Assembly (NCBI RefSeq): GCF_001194135.2
Contig: NC_068991.1
Coordinates: 42,986,708-43,050,707, forward strand
Direction: 5' to 3'
DNA from: Octopus bimaculoides
Taxonomy: Eukaryota
DNA: 64,000 nucleotides
Shown piece after piece: positions 14,021 to 26,992 of the stretch. The notes under the pieces were generated by a model that ran no database searches, was not told the origin of the DNA, and saw only the letters and a list, made by a program, of their open reading frames with translations. Within the stretch, counting starts at the first letter, position 1; the number at the start of each line of letters is the position of its first letter. The position numbers and the translations under genes were made by a program.

Positions 14021-16047
14021 GTGTCCTCCCTACTCACCTTTTAGTTGGACATTGGTAATGAGTAAGAGGTAATCAATGGGATGGGTGGAACATTTCCCTG
14101 GAGAGATTGTGCAGTTAGTAATTAAATTCAGTATATATATTTTATTAATTTATCTTGCTTCTTTCTCTTTAACTTTAGCTCACTTAAAAAGCAGAGGACT
14201 TGAGCCATAAAGATTCTAACAGAAGTCAGGTGCTCTCTCTTGCTTTCTCTCTTACTCTCTCTTGCTTTCTCTCTTACTCTCTCTCTCTCTCTCTCTCATA
14301 ATAGATTTAACCCATAGCTGTGTGCTGTTTCTCATAGTTTTCATCAGTTAAATATTTATAACAGAGTTTGTATATGTAAGTGCCTCAGGATAATGAGAAA
14401 CATTTGGCATGGGTTGATTTTCGTTTCCCAGTTATAGCATTACTAATGTCTTTGGGAAAAGTATTTACATCATAATCTCATTTCCTCCCCCAAGAAACCT
14501 AACCGTTGTCACCCTTGTGTGAGAAACAATCATGCCACTGATATTGAAAATATGTATGTGTTTATGTTTCCATTATATTTTTGGAATTTAAAATGAAAAT
14601 CAGAAATGATATTTCATTTTTCATGTGGCAGTTTACTATCAATTCAATTAACTAAACATAATTTAACCAATACCATCTGGTGTCACCATGTAATTTAACT
14701 GTCATGGAAGCAATCTTCTGTAATAGTTTGTGCTAACAATGCTTCCTGTCTGAACAATTGCTTCAACTATCCTATTATGCTATTTGCCTAATGTGGCCCA
14801 TGCACTGCATCTTCTCAAATTTGCTAAATATTTTCACTCCTAAAATCTGTAACATTTCAGATTGATTCATACTAAGTATGTGCTATCAGATTAACTCATC
14901 TAAAATATGTTATTTTTATACCTGCCATGCTATTAAGAAATGCTTTTAGTTCATCATCATTATCATTTATTTATTCATTTTCATATTGCAATTATGTACA
15001 CTGTTTCATTTACTCATTCTTTATTTTTCAATCCTGGAATAACTATGCCTTCACACTAAACCAGTCATGTATATGTATGGTTTCAGGTGTACATGCAATG
15101 AGATGTGTGCTTGTGTGTCATGCTTTTTTTATGTAGAAAACATCCATAGAAAATTAGACTTAAAATCTCAAAAGAAAAAGTTACGTTGGGCATGGAAGGG
15201 TGCTGAATTGTAAAACCCATTTGAATCCTGACAGTATGAAAAAGCTATCATTAAAATGTATTGTAGAGAGGAAGATAGAAAATCAGATACTATGTAAATA
15301 TATCTTAAAGTTAGAATTCTTTATAAAAAGTAATAAAAGTCATATTTACTTTCTACTAACTAGTTTTATATGATTTTTATGGCATAATAGAAAAGGAAAA
15401 AAAAAAAAAACTTGTGGGATCTTTATAGTTAAATGTTCACTCGTATAAATTTTTGTAACTCTTTAAAATTTATATATATATATATATATATCTTTTTAAA
15501 GCTTTGCTTTAGTTTCATGTAGAAAGGTTAGAGGATAAAAAATGATTTACCATACTTGAAAATATAAACATTCTGCAACTGGAAGAACTGTCATCTATAT
15601 TCTTAACTACCCGATCAGAAACAATATATTGACTGTTCATTTGACTCTATTGAGGCATTAGCAATTTCAGTAAAACAACCGTCCACTTGCTATTGAGGTT
15701 TTTCTGTTTTTTCAGTGACTATTGTAAAATTATACAAATTAAGTTGTAAATCTCCAGATTATGAGAAGTGTGTGGGGAAGGAACAAGCCAATAATTCATT
15801 TCATCTTGATTGCAGTTAAAATGGTAAGCTGGATGAATAGCATTTTATCTATACATCATTGCTTGCTAGCTTTCCACCCCCTCAGATCATCAATTTGATA
15901 ATGGCCGAAGAAATAGTCAGACAAAAATATATTGATGAAATTCTGCTATATAAAGAATAGACTGGTTTACTACTTGAGATATAATAATATTGTGTGTGTG
16001 TATGCATGCAAACATATACATGTATGTGTATATATGCTTGTATATAT

Positions 16048-16049
<2 letters not shown>

Positions 16050-16092
<43 letters not shown>

Positions 16093-16108
16093 GTATGTGT
16101 GTGTGTGT
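16050..16108. repeat. (GT)n microsatellite
   Basis: GT run. Confidence 0.95.
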
Positions 16109-17051
16109 AACCTTTCTCAGTTGTTCTGTTAAGAGATAATCAAAATGTTACTTTCATTTTCTACTGGTTAGCAGTTATTCCTTATAAAAGTTGTGACTTA
16201 TTTCTTCAACTGAAATGTGGAGGTGTTGTTAAAAGCTATATAGCTGTTGCACTCTGAACACTACATTTATGTATTTATGTATCACATGTTCGTTTAATTA
16301 TACTTAAAACTCTACTAAGCACAGATATTTTATGCTAAATAAAATCCTTTTAAATTTATACTAAGTTATGTAAACCAAACTAATAGTTTTTGTATTTGTT
16401 ATTCTTGAATAAATTTGTTTTTCATAAATATTAATAAAATTACTTTTTTTATCCTTTTCTCTCTTTCTATTTGTCTCTTTTACTGACTGACTTCCCCTAT
16501 CTCTCCCTCTCTCTCTCTCTCTATCTAGCTATCTATCTATCTAGCTTTCTCTGTAAAGATAAATCATGTTAAAATCAACTTTGTATGTCTGTCGGAGAGA
16601 TTTCCAATTGTTCTCCCTCTCTAGTTGGCATTTGAAATGCTAAACTTCCCATGTTATTTTACCATTATTGTATACATCTCTTGATCAGCATGGATTGTAT
16701 GGAATGAAGTATTGATTGCATGCGGTTGGCTGGTAGCTGCTACTATTTCACGTTGTATACCGGCTTGGTCGTGGTCTTCCCTGCTCGCTCTTCCTCTGTC
16801 TCAGCAAATGGGAATTGTCAGTCAGAAATGGAGTTTGAAAAATTCTCTCTGCCTTCATGTTGAAATATATGTGGAGGAAAGACACTTTTATTTTTGATTC
16901 AAAAAAATTAACAGTCTAATTTTATGCCTTTGTAACTTGCATAGTGTCAGCTTGCACGAAAGCTCACACATTTATTAAATGACTTGTGACTCAGTGAAAA
17001 TGGTTGCTTGCACTAAAAAAGTAACAGAATGTGTGTATTTTGTTGTGACAG

Positions 17052-17160
17052 GTATGTACAGGACCCCACCTCCTGTGGCACCTCCACCTCAGCCACCTCA
17101 GCCATCATCAATATATCAACACATTAATGTCAATGGACCCAAGGAACCAGAGACAGATAG
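17052..17160 (+). CDS. Coding exon of an unidentified gene: (G)MYRTPPPVAPPPQPPQPSSIYQHINVNGPKEPETD, phase 2 out
   Basis: Acceptor tattttgttgtgacag (AG 17050-51), consensus donor AG|gtaagt at 17161, open Pro-rich frame, locally raised GC, no repeat similarity. Confidence 0.75.
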
Positions 17161-20100
17161 GTAAGTAGTACTCATACTTTTCCTTCTCCTCTCTTTGTTT
17201 GACTGATTTCCTTTATCATTCTTCCTCTTTTCTTTGTTTCCATTGCATTATAAAGATATGTCGGAAGATGATGTTACTGTGGTCAACTATAGTAGTTATG
17301 TTTATGTACCGGCAACTCTTGTTATAAAGTCAGTTGTATATTTCTGCGGATATCTTTTTCAAACTTGCATACTTCATTTTTCAAAAACACTCATCCAGAT
17401 TGTAGTTTTAAAGTATTATCTCCTTTTTTTAATCTATAATTTTTGCATTATTTCATATTCTAGTTATGTATTATTCTATTTTATTTTAGGAAAATCTTGA
17501 CTCTTTCAACATTATTATCAATATATTTCTGAAACCCACCATGCTTTATGCTCATGTATTTTAATATTAACTTCAAATTAAACCACTATATTTTCTCAAA
17601 GCAGAAATAGTACAGCAATTTCATTAAAACCATTTTAAGAAGCGCATAGCTTGAGTTTTCTGATTAAATCTTCATTCATAGATACTCTCAAAAGCTACTT
17701 TCACTACCAACTACAGCATAAGCCAAGACAGCTTCTATATTATAACTTGACTTGCTCAGTATAGCAGCAAAATTTTCTGCAGCAGACTTCCTATGTTAAA
17801 AACAGAAACTATATTTTCAGTCTTGAATCTTAGGACAGCATGGCCACAGTTAATGAGATAGCATCCTTTAAATATCAATAAATATGAGATAACATGAAGG
17901 AAATTGAATTTACACATGTCAGATATCCTGTACACATGTCATATCCGGGAACGTGGTCTTAACAGTTTTACTTCAATATTTTGATTGGCTACCTCTGTAT
18001 CATAGATTAGCTCAGTTGGACGAATGGGCTATTCAACATCATTATCTTCAGCAAAGAAACCTTTATATTGTTTCTTGACTTGCTAGAAGCAGCAGCCAAA
18101 GTTCCCTCAAATGACACTCCACCATTTTAAAACAGGACACATTGAATAATTTAATCCTAGATACACTGCTCTCCACCACCACCACCAAAAAAAGTATGAA
18201 AATAACAGGATGGTCTATAATAATTTTTATCATGGATCTACTTAATAAGAGCTGATGTAAAGTTAAACAACAAACTGTCCAGTTTAGTGTTATTGACTCA
18301 GCTGTCTCAACTTTGTTGACAAACAAAAAAAAGTCATCTAAAAGCAACAAGTACACTAATGTTATCAACAACAGCTAGCAAAACAGTAAAGCCTATACAC
18401 TTGTTAGAAATAACCAAATCACCGTTTAGTCAGACCCTATTTACTTAATATAAATTTGAGTAATGTTTCTCTGTTCATTACGTTTTTATGTTCGCTAACT
18501 CCTCCTAGACTGTTTATGCAAGGTCAACAAAACTCAACCCAGCAACTCCCCTCATCTCAAGGAATGTCCTAAGGGAGTCTATTTTTTTAAGGACTGCCTA
18601 ATTGGGGCCCCACTGACTCTCCCCCACACACCTTCAATTTTTACTGTATTTGAAACTAAATACAAGGCATTGGCAACCAAATGAGAGCTATGACAATGAG
18701 TTTTGTACCATGAACTCCCAGGGAGTATCGTAAAGAGTTTCAATTTCTGAAGGGCTGCTTAAATGGGGCCCCCACTGACCTCCACCCCTCTATTTTTACT
18801 GCATTTACCTTGCTCCTACACTTAGTGATTAAACTATAATCAGCATCAGTGCTAAGCACATATGCTGAAATAAGTTTGGGTGTTCTAAATACCTTCATGT
18901 ACATTCAAATAGAGATAAAAGAGTTATAACGGGTACATTTCAAGTGTGGTAGTGTAGATATTTATATTTTGTAGTTTATGAAACTTGTGTCTAGATGGAA
19001 AACTAATCTTCCTGTTCTGGTTACATATTGATGCTTGGACCATCAACCCCAGAGTTCTAGAGTTTTTTTTTCTACCTGAATACCCAACAAAATTCCCAAC
19101 TAGCCTGAATACCACCTAACAGGTGGCTTCAAGGCTAGAAACTTAGCTGTAAGTCAAACTAGAAACTAGCGGTATGTCTATCGGCAAAGCTAGCAGAAAG
19201 CAGACCAAGGGTCGATACACAGACTGTTACAGAGATGGAATTAACGTTACATATTGAATGAACAAGAAGTTAATGGGATATGGGCTTTAGGTATGAGTGC
19301 AAGTGAAGTATAGGTATTGAGTGTATGGGTATGAGTGTGTGGATATATGTTGGGTAGGGAGTTTGGAATGAGGTATCGGATAGTTAATACCAGGAGATAC
19401 ATATACAATGAATGTGTTTGAGTCCATTACATTACATAAGGGTAGAGGGCCATGAAATGGGCCAATAGTGGGGCCGAAGGCCTCAAAGGTGCCCTCCGCA
19501 GGTGCTAGCCTGAATGCCACCCAAAGGGCAGCTTCAAGGCTAGTTATTTAAAAGTGGGAAAATACATCAGAAAGTATTGTCCTTGATGCACTGTCTGAAA
19601 AAAAAGACTGGTTGGTCATAGTTGGATTTTATTTTGAATTATAGGTTTGTTGAATTAGTATCAGCCTGGAGCTAAACAACAACAACAAATAGAAATAGCT
19701 TGCAAGAATTTTTTTTCTTTCTTCAATGTAGCAGCTAAATTTCCAATGACATGCACAGCAGTCTTTAAGAAAGAAAAATAGATTCTGGCTTCCAGTTCTC
19801 TGTGCATCTAACTGTATATCTGAGTGGATCTATAATTGTTGTGTAACACCAGATCAACTTTGACTGAGCAGACTTAAAGCACACAGGTAGTCAGCCAGAT
19901 AAATAGGTGCAACCCACAGATCTATTGTTCAGAAATGTCAGGTTGCTTACCTCTTTGACATATACGTCTATTCAGGTAGAGCTAACCGGAACTAGTCTGC
20001 AACATCAATAACAATGAAACAACAAAACAATGTATGATTCATTTTACACTTTGCTATAGTTGCCTGGGCCTCCAGTACCACCCTGCACCACCACCAGTAT

Positions 20101-20999
20101 TTAAAATAACACACTCAAATTGTCACATTTACATACTTGCGAAAACAATAAAATTGAAACTAAAAGAACATCTAAAGACAGCAAATATTTGTGCAGCCAT
20201 CTGTAGACATTTAGACACCTTAACAATACATCAGAACTATTAAAGCATTGGATTCCACTATTAATTGCTACAAAGCATCTAAATAATATACTACTTTCTT
20301 ACCATCAGTGATGACAGTGCTAAGCTATCACCAACTTCATGATCATCTGTCATCTATTATCATCGATGGTGTCACAGAATATAGGCATTGGTGATAATCA
20401 CCAATAATTATGTAACACCTTGCTCATAAAAATATTAGTAACACCATCACAACATTACTATCAATATCAATACCTCTACCAAAACACCCCTATCTATAAC
20501 AACACTCTTATTGACAGGAAGCAAATGACAAATCAATGACAAACGTCACCTGTCCTGTTCCCCCACTCACTCACCCAACTCAGTGGCAACAAATGCTTCT
20601 CCCTCTCACCTTTGAATAACAAACTCTATTTCCTTTTGGTCATATTATTGTTTCTATTGATAACAACCCACCTTATGAGCTGGTAATGGGCCTCCTATAT
20701 TGTTACCCAACTTATTACAAATAGTAATCAAATTGCCTTCAATCACATTCTTGTTTTCAAAAAACAAAGAAAGAAACATTGGATTATTATGTTTATACCA
20801 GTCTAATAAACAGGAAACCTTAAAACTTGTAGGCTCATAACTTGCCTTTCTGCAATCAGTGGGTGGGGGATGCTTCCAGAAGAGGAGGAGGAATGCTAAA
20901 AAGCCTTCTTGACACATCTTGGTATGTTTCGTAGAAACAAAAGGCTTGTTCAGATAGTGCTGTTTGTGTTTAGTTCTCTGTGTACCCATATCTCGATTG

Positions 21000-23390
21000 T
21001 TCATTGTTCGATGGACTGGGTGATGATTACCTTGCTTAGAAACAGATGAAGATTACTGTCAGGAAGGGTATCTAACCATAGAAAATTCTGCCCCAATATA
21101 GTCTTGTCTGACCTATGCATACATGGAAAAGTAGATGTTAATACAATGTTGATGGTGATTGAACACATCATGAGTAAATGGCAAACAATTCTGCAGATAT
21201 AGACAAGAGAAGGTTAGATTTATAATTCCAACTCCACTAGAAACAGAATACTCCAGGGGGAGACCCTCTCTCCACTCCTTTTCTAGCTGGCATGAACGTC
21301 TTTTTTACCAACATGTTAAGACGGGACTGAACTCAGATACAAATGCTATGGCAGAACCATCTTTTGCATATGGATAACTCCAAGTAGTTTGTTACAGATG
21401 ATAAACAAGTAGAAATATTGCTGCAGATAGTATATGGATATGCGAAAAGAATTGCTGAAATTTGAATCAGGAAACTTGTGTCAAGACAACCTTGAGGAGA
21501 GAAAAAATTAAGAACATGAGTTAATGCACTTGAAAGTGTACGATGTAGATAAAAGAAAAAGAAAGGTGAACATGGAATATCAGAGACACATTTGATTAAT
21601 ACTTAAAACAGAACTAAAACATTAAAGAGAAACGGTAGTTAGCACCAATACACTAGCTATTTCGGTAATGTTATAATTAGAACATTCTCAGTCGAATGCT
21701 AAATAAACTATCAAGACAAGACAGAAAAACAATAAAAGTTTAGAATACACTACCCAAAATTAAACATAAAATAGTATTTCCCATGAATATAAGTGGATAG
21801 GAGACTTATTTAACTAGAGAAATATTACAAAATATCCACCATGGGACTGCAAAAATATCTAATAAATACTAATGGAAACAACTACAAAACAAACAGAAAT
21901 GAAACAATTTATTTTACCTGTCTTCAATAATGCCTACGAATACAAAAGACAGAAACTGAAATGACTAAAAGTAAGACTATAGGATACTATGCGTGTTAAA
22001 GTGGTAGCAAGAAAACTCCTACATGGCCAGTATCCTAAAAAGGAAAAAGAAATGGGCAGTATATAGAAATTGACATAGTTTGCAACACCAGCTGAGAATA
22101 GCTCGACTAAGCTGAAACTTGAACAGTTTTTAAATGTGACACAAAATCAAAGCCTTCCCACCAAAAACCACTACAAGCATGTGATGGAGCTTTAACCAAG
22201 AAAGAGTACATTTACAGGAATGACAAAGTTAGGGCATTTTATACTGGCAGTTATTCCAGCATTATGAGGTGTCAATAGAAAAGAGCTGATATATGCCAGA
22301 AAAGGTTTCAGGGAATGGCAAAGCAAACATACTTTTTGATACATTGGGTTGGCAACTAAGTTTCCGCCGTTTTTTTTAATTAAAATTTTTTGAAAGGTTT
22401 AATAAGAAATGATAACTAATTAATCAATAATGTATTCACCCTTGTTCTTTACAACTTCTTCCCAACGTTCAGCAAGATTTTCAATACCTCGTTGGTAGAT
22501 TTCGACTCGAAAAATTGATCCAGCCAAACTCTCAATTCTGCATCAGTATTGAACGTAACTCCATGCATAGCATTTGAAAGAGATCGAAAGAGGTAGAAAT
22601 CCGTTGGTGCCAAATCAGGAAAGTACAGCAGTTGTAGCAGCACTTCCCAGCTGACGAGAATTTTCATGCAAAAGTTGGTTTAATCGTTCTTCATCAAACT
22701 CAACTGGACAGCCAGGACGAGGTACATCTTTGAGGTCAAAATTTCCATTTTTGAACTTGGCATACCAATCACGAGCGGTTCTTTCAGCTGTGGCACCCTC
22801 TCCTTACACAAATGTCGCGAGCAGCTTTTGTGGCCTTAAAACCTTGATTAAAAGCAAAAAGGTGGTGTCAAAAATGCTTGTTTTTCTCAACTTGACATTC
22901 CATTTTGATGATCTAAAAATAAACAAAAATTAACTTGAAAAATAGATTCCAAAATGATTCAAAAATAGAATTCTCAAAAAAAAAAAAAAGATTCCAAAAT
23001 TTAAAAACGCAATAAATTTTTTTAAAAAACAGCGGGAACTCAGTTGCCAACCCAATACTTATCCATACAGGTGGAGATTAAGGCTAATTGACTGTTCATT
23101 ATTAAGAACAACCAGGAAGGAAAACACCTCCTAATCAAAGTATCAATCTCATTAAGTGATATTTTATCTCTCAAAGAGGTGGGATAATTACTCAAATATA
23201 AAGAGATCACCTGAATGTGGAGGCTGAAGATAAAAACAATCCTGTAATAATGGGTGCATTGAAAATGATTTAAAAAATATGCAAATATATAATCTAAACC
23301 CTGGGACTTAGACACAGCCTAGAGTAAATAGTAACTACTTTGCACTGCACACACAAAGACTACTGAAAAATAATAAGTGATAATTTTAGG
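21000..23390 (+). mobile_element. R4/Dong-like (RLE-type) non-LTR retrotransposon remnant, interrupted by a mariner
   Basis: RILQGETLSPLLF (~21245), HLLHMDNSK (YMDD homologue, ~21365), YIYRNDKV (RHD motif, ~22205). After the mariner: IHT..KAN, LLIKVSI..SLKE..LKYKE, PVIMGAL (restriction-like endonuclease region). Confidence 0.85.
22344..23055 (-). mobile_element. Internally deleted mariner with ~30-bp TIRs
   Basis: TIRs ttgggttggcaactaagtttccgccg and cagcgggaactcagttgccaacccaa, TA on the right. The N-terminal HTH region is fused directly to LYFPDLAPTDFYLFRSL. Confidence 0.92.
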
Positions 23391-24063
23391 ACAAGGTGCT
23401 CAGTCAACATTAGCTCTAGTATTTGATGATAGTTTATTTTATTAAAATCAGGGAGTGAAAGGCAAAGTTGACACCAGTTGAGAAATGGCTACAACAAAAA
23501 GAAACAATAATTATAGCGATTGTATTATAATAGCAGCTTTAGAGGGTATTATTGGTTTATTTAATACCCTGAGGTGAAGTTTCAAATCCTGACTGTCTCG
23601 TCTCTACCTTTATGATTCACTATGCATTATTTGTTTAGGAGTGGAACTCATTTAGTAGGTAGCTTATTACTAAACAAGAATAGTCTGAATTATGTTTCAC
23701 TTGGTGAGTCTGTTTAAGATGAAATGATTTATCAAGGTTTGGCAGTAAGGTGAGTCTTCAGAAGAATAATTCTTTACCAGGCAAGTAAACAACTAATTTT
23801 AGTAATAGTGGTATTGCTGCTGTTGTGTGATTACTGTTATTCTTGTATCACCATCATAGCTACAAGGACAAGGGATGATGTAAACTGGTCACCACCCACT
23901 TGTTTGACTAAAGCTTCCAGCTTTTGGGAGTGCCTTTCAAGTCTTCCTTTGCAAGTTAATTTGAAGTTTTTTCATTTTATTTAATCTTTTTTTTTTTTTA
24001 GCTTTTTTCTTATTCAGCACACAATCCAGTCATGCTATGGTACTACTACTACATCATTATTAA

Positions 24064-24281
24064 CCCTTTAGCATTCAGATTATTCCATCAAATGTAATGC
24101 TTATTTATTCACCTTGTTTTGAATTAATCATGCATTATCTCATAGCTTTAGGATTTCAATGATGCAATTGCTTTTTTTAGAATAACATTGTAGGTTAGGT
24201 GTGATAGGCCAAACCTGATTGGTTTGAACACAAAACAGACAGAATATCTGGGTCGGATACGGCTGATTTAAATGCTAAGAG
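24064..24281. mobile_element. piggyBac-type MITE
   Basis: TTAA at 24060-63 and 24282-85. Termini CCCTTTAGCATT / AATGCTAAGAG. A lone matching end (aatgctaaagggttaa) lies at ~61190-61205. Confidence 0.8.
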
Positions 24282-24447
24282 TTAACATTATTTTAATGTC
24301 CACTTTTTCCATGCATTCATGGGTTCAACAGAATTCATTGACTGCAGTCAGATGCCTTTGCTGGTACTATCTTTGACCTGCTTCCAAGTAAGGTAATATT
24401 TCCTCATTCTCAGACATATTTTCACTGAATCAGAACTGCTTGTATGA

Positions 24448-24880
<433 letters not shown>

Positions 24881-24889
24881 TAAACTATT

Positions 24890-25255
24890 TTAAAATGTTT
24901 CCGCTTCAAAGCTGCAGTCATGCTGGGGCAGCACTGTTGACTGAGTTATACCATTATTTGAAACTTCCTATGATGTGTGGCATTTAGTTAATGAGACGGT
25001 TTGATGCTGCTGCCCTCCTTTGTGTTTCCTGCCATGAGGTAGGCTCGTCTGGAACCTTTGACAGGAAGAGATCCAGTTTTCTTTTAAAGACATTTACATC
25101 TACACCCGCCAAGTCTCTCAAGCATTTTGGAAGGATATTAAAGAGCTGTGGGCCCTTGAAGCCCAAGCTGTTGCAGCAGCTGTATTTTGATGATGACGCT
25201 GGGACCTTTGGCACTATGCAGTGACACCCCGTTCTGCAGTTTGAGTAACTGATTG
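24890..25255 (-). mobile_element. 3' end of a CR1/L2-group LINE (ORF2 C-terminus plus tail)
   Basis: NSLGFKGPQLFNILPKCLRDLAGVDVNVFKRKLDLFLSKVPDEP..AAASN, followed by tail cagtgctgccccagcatgactgcagctttgaagcggaaac. Confidence 0.85.
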
Positions 25256-25590
25256 GCACTCATGCCAGTTGAACGTTAAAAGCACATCCAAGTGTGGGGT
25301 GTAACCAGCCCACTTATGAGTACCCCTCATTCATTGAACAATAAACTTTGCTTGCAAAGTCCTAATGAGGCAAGTGAAATCAAATCAAAATCGCTGACTT
25401 AGCCAATGACAGTATCACCTGATTAGCACTCATGCCAGTGGAACGTTAAAAGCACATCATTGCCAGAACCGCCTGACTGGCCCTCGTGCCGGTGACATGT
25501 AAAAGCACCCACTACACTCTCGGAGTGGTTAGTGTTAGGAAGGGCATCCAGCTGTAGAAACTTTGCCAGATCAGATTGGTTCAATGTGCC
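25256..25590 (+). mobile_element. SINE with V-domain-like core and an internally repeated unit
   Basis: gcactcatgccagtkgaacgttaaaagcacatc occurs twice (~25256, ~25427). Core: gtaaaagcacccactacactctcggagtggttagtgttaggaagggcatccagctgtagaaac. Confidence 0.75.
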
Positions 25591-25939
25591 ATTCAACAGC
25601 CCAAAGTATTGCACTTGACTTCAATGTCTGTTTTGGCATGGTGTCTACAATTGAACCCCTTACTAATGTTAACCACTGTAGAGTGTGTGTTGGGTACTTT
25701 TTTTTTTTTTCCATGGCACTAGCATTAAGTGGGCTCAACAAGTAATTCGCATGGGACGTCCCTTCAACTGAGTGGCAATATAGTATAGAGGGAGGTGGCT
25801 TGATGACAGATGTTAAGATGTTAACGTATGAAAGAGGAACAATGTCTTGTTGAAGAGGAAATATAAGGCTTCCCCTAAAGATAGGTAGATACATATAGGT
25901 TAATAAATGTAGCTATATACATGATGATTGCTTCATCTT

Positions 25940-26970
25940 AGCTAATGGTAACCATTCCAGCCTACATCATTCCAATGATCTCTATTACATTTGTGTGCTC
26001 TGAGGTGATTCTTCAGATCTGCAGTTGAGCCGCAAGGTTTCGAACATACGTGACAGATAAGATTCAAAACTTTTTCAGGGTTTATGTACTTTACTTCCTT
26101 TTTTTTTTTCTTTTTTTTTTTTTTTGCATGCATATGTGAGGTATGTTAATCTCATGCACCTTCATGTGCCTTTTGAAACAAAAGTTACTCTAACAGGTTT
26201 TGCCATGTATTACATAGATATTGTTAGCATAAAAGGGTGGCATATCATAGTAAGGTGCATCATTGCTTCGCAGATTACTTTGTAATTTTATGTGGCTTAC
26301 ATGAGCAGCTTTTAAAAGGTGATTTCCATCACAAAGACTGCATTTCCAAATCTTAATTTCATCAGGTGCATCCATAATACCCACATCTCTCAAAGTAGGT
26401 TTTAACTATGCGTGCTTCTTTTTGGCTAGCTCAAACCTAGCAATACCTTCCATCACCTTCCATCCTTTTCTATTAGTTGCTTTCTCTTCCCAAAATTGGA
26501 CATCCATTGTCAATTTCACTAAGTTATGATGATTACAGTCTTTATACCATTCCTTTGGCTTATGTTGTAGTTATTTTCCAAATTGTAACTCTCCATAAAA
26601 TGACTGCTTAGACAATCTGACATCAGACATACCTACAAGGTGCCCTGCCCATTTCATTTAATTTTGTACTAAGTGTGACTTAATAGACACACAACCAGCC
26701 ATCTGGAATATTCCCATATCTAATAGCAAATCTTCCAGTTTTACCTTCAGTATTATTCTGAGAAATTTTTAATGAAATCTCTTAGGTTTTTCATGCCTAG
26801 AGTCTTGTATGTATGCACAATTTGAAAATGTTGATTTTCGTGTGAACCATAATACCTCTATATGACCACAGCCTTTTCTCAAGTTTGCTGAATACCATAC
26901 TTGCTTTTTTGATTCTGACCAAAGACACGAAAATAGGATATACTTATATGCTACAAAATCAGCATTGTCT
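25940..26970 (-). mobile_element. RTE/BovB-like LINE ORF2 C-terminus with three C2H2-like fingers (decayed)
   Basis: MKWAGHLVGMSDVRLSKQSFYGELQFGK..WYKDC, then WKCSLC..HVSH, GKTC*SNFCFKRHMKVH and CHVCSKPCGSTADLKNHLRAH. Confidence 0.85.
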
Positions 26971-26992
26971 ACATTCATAAGTTCTATAATTA

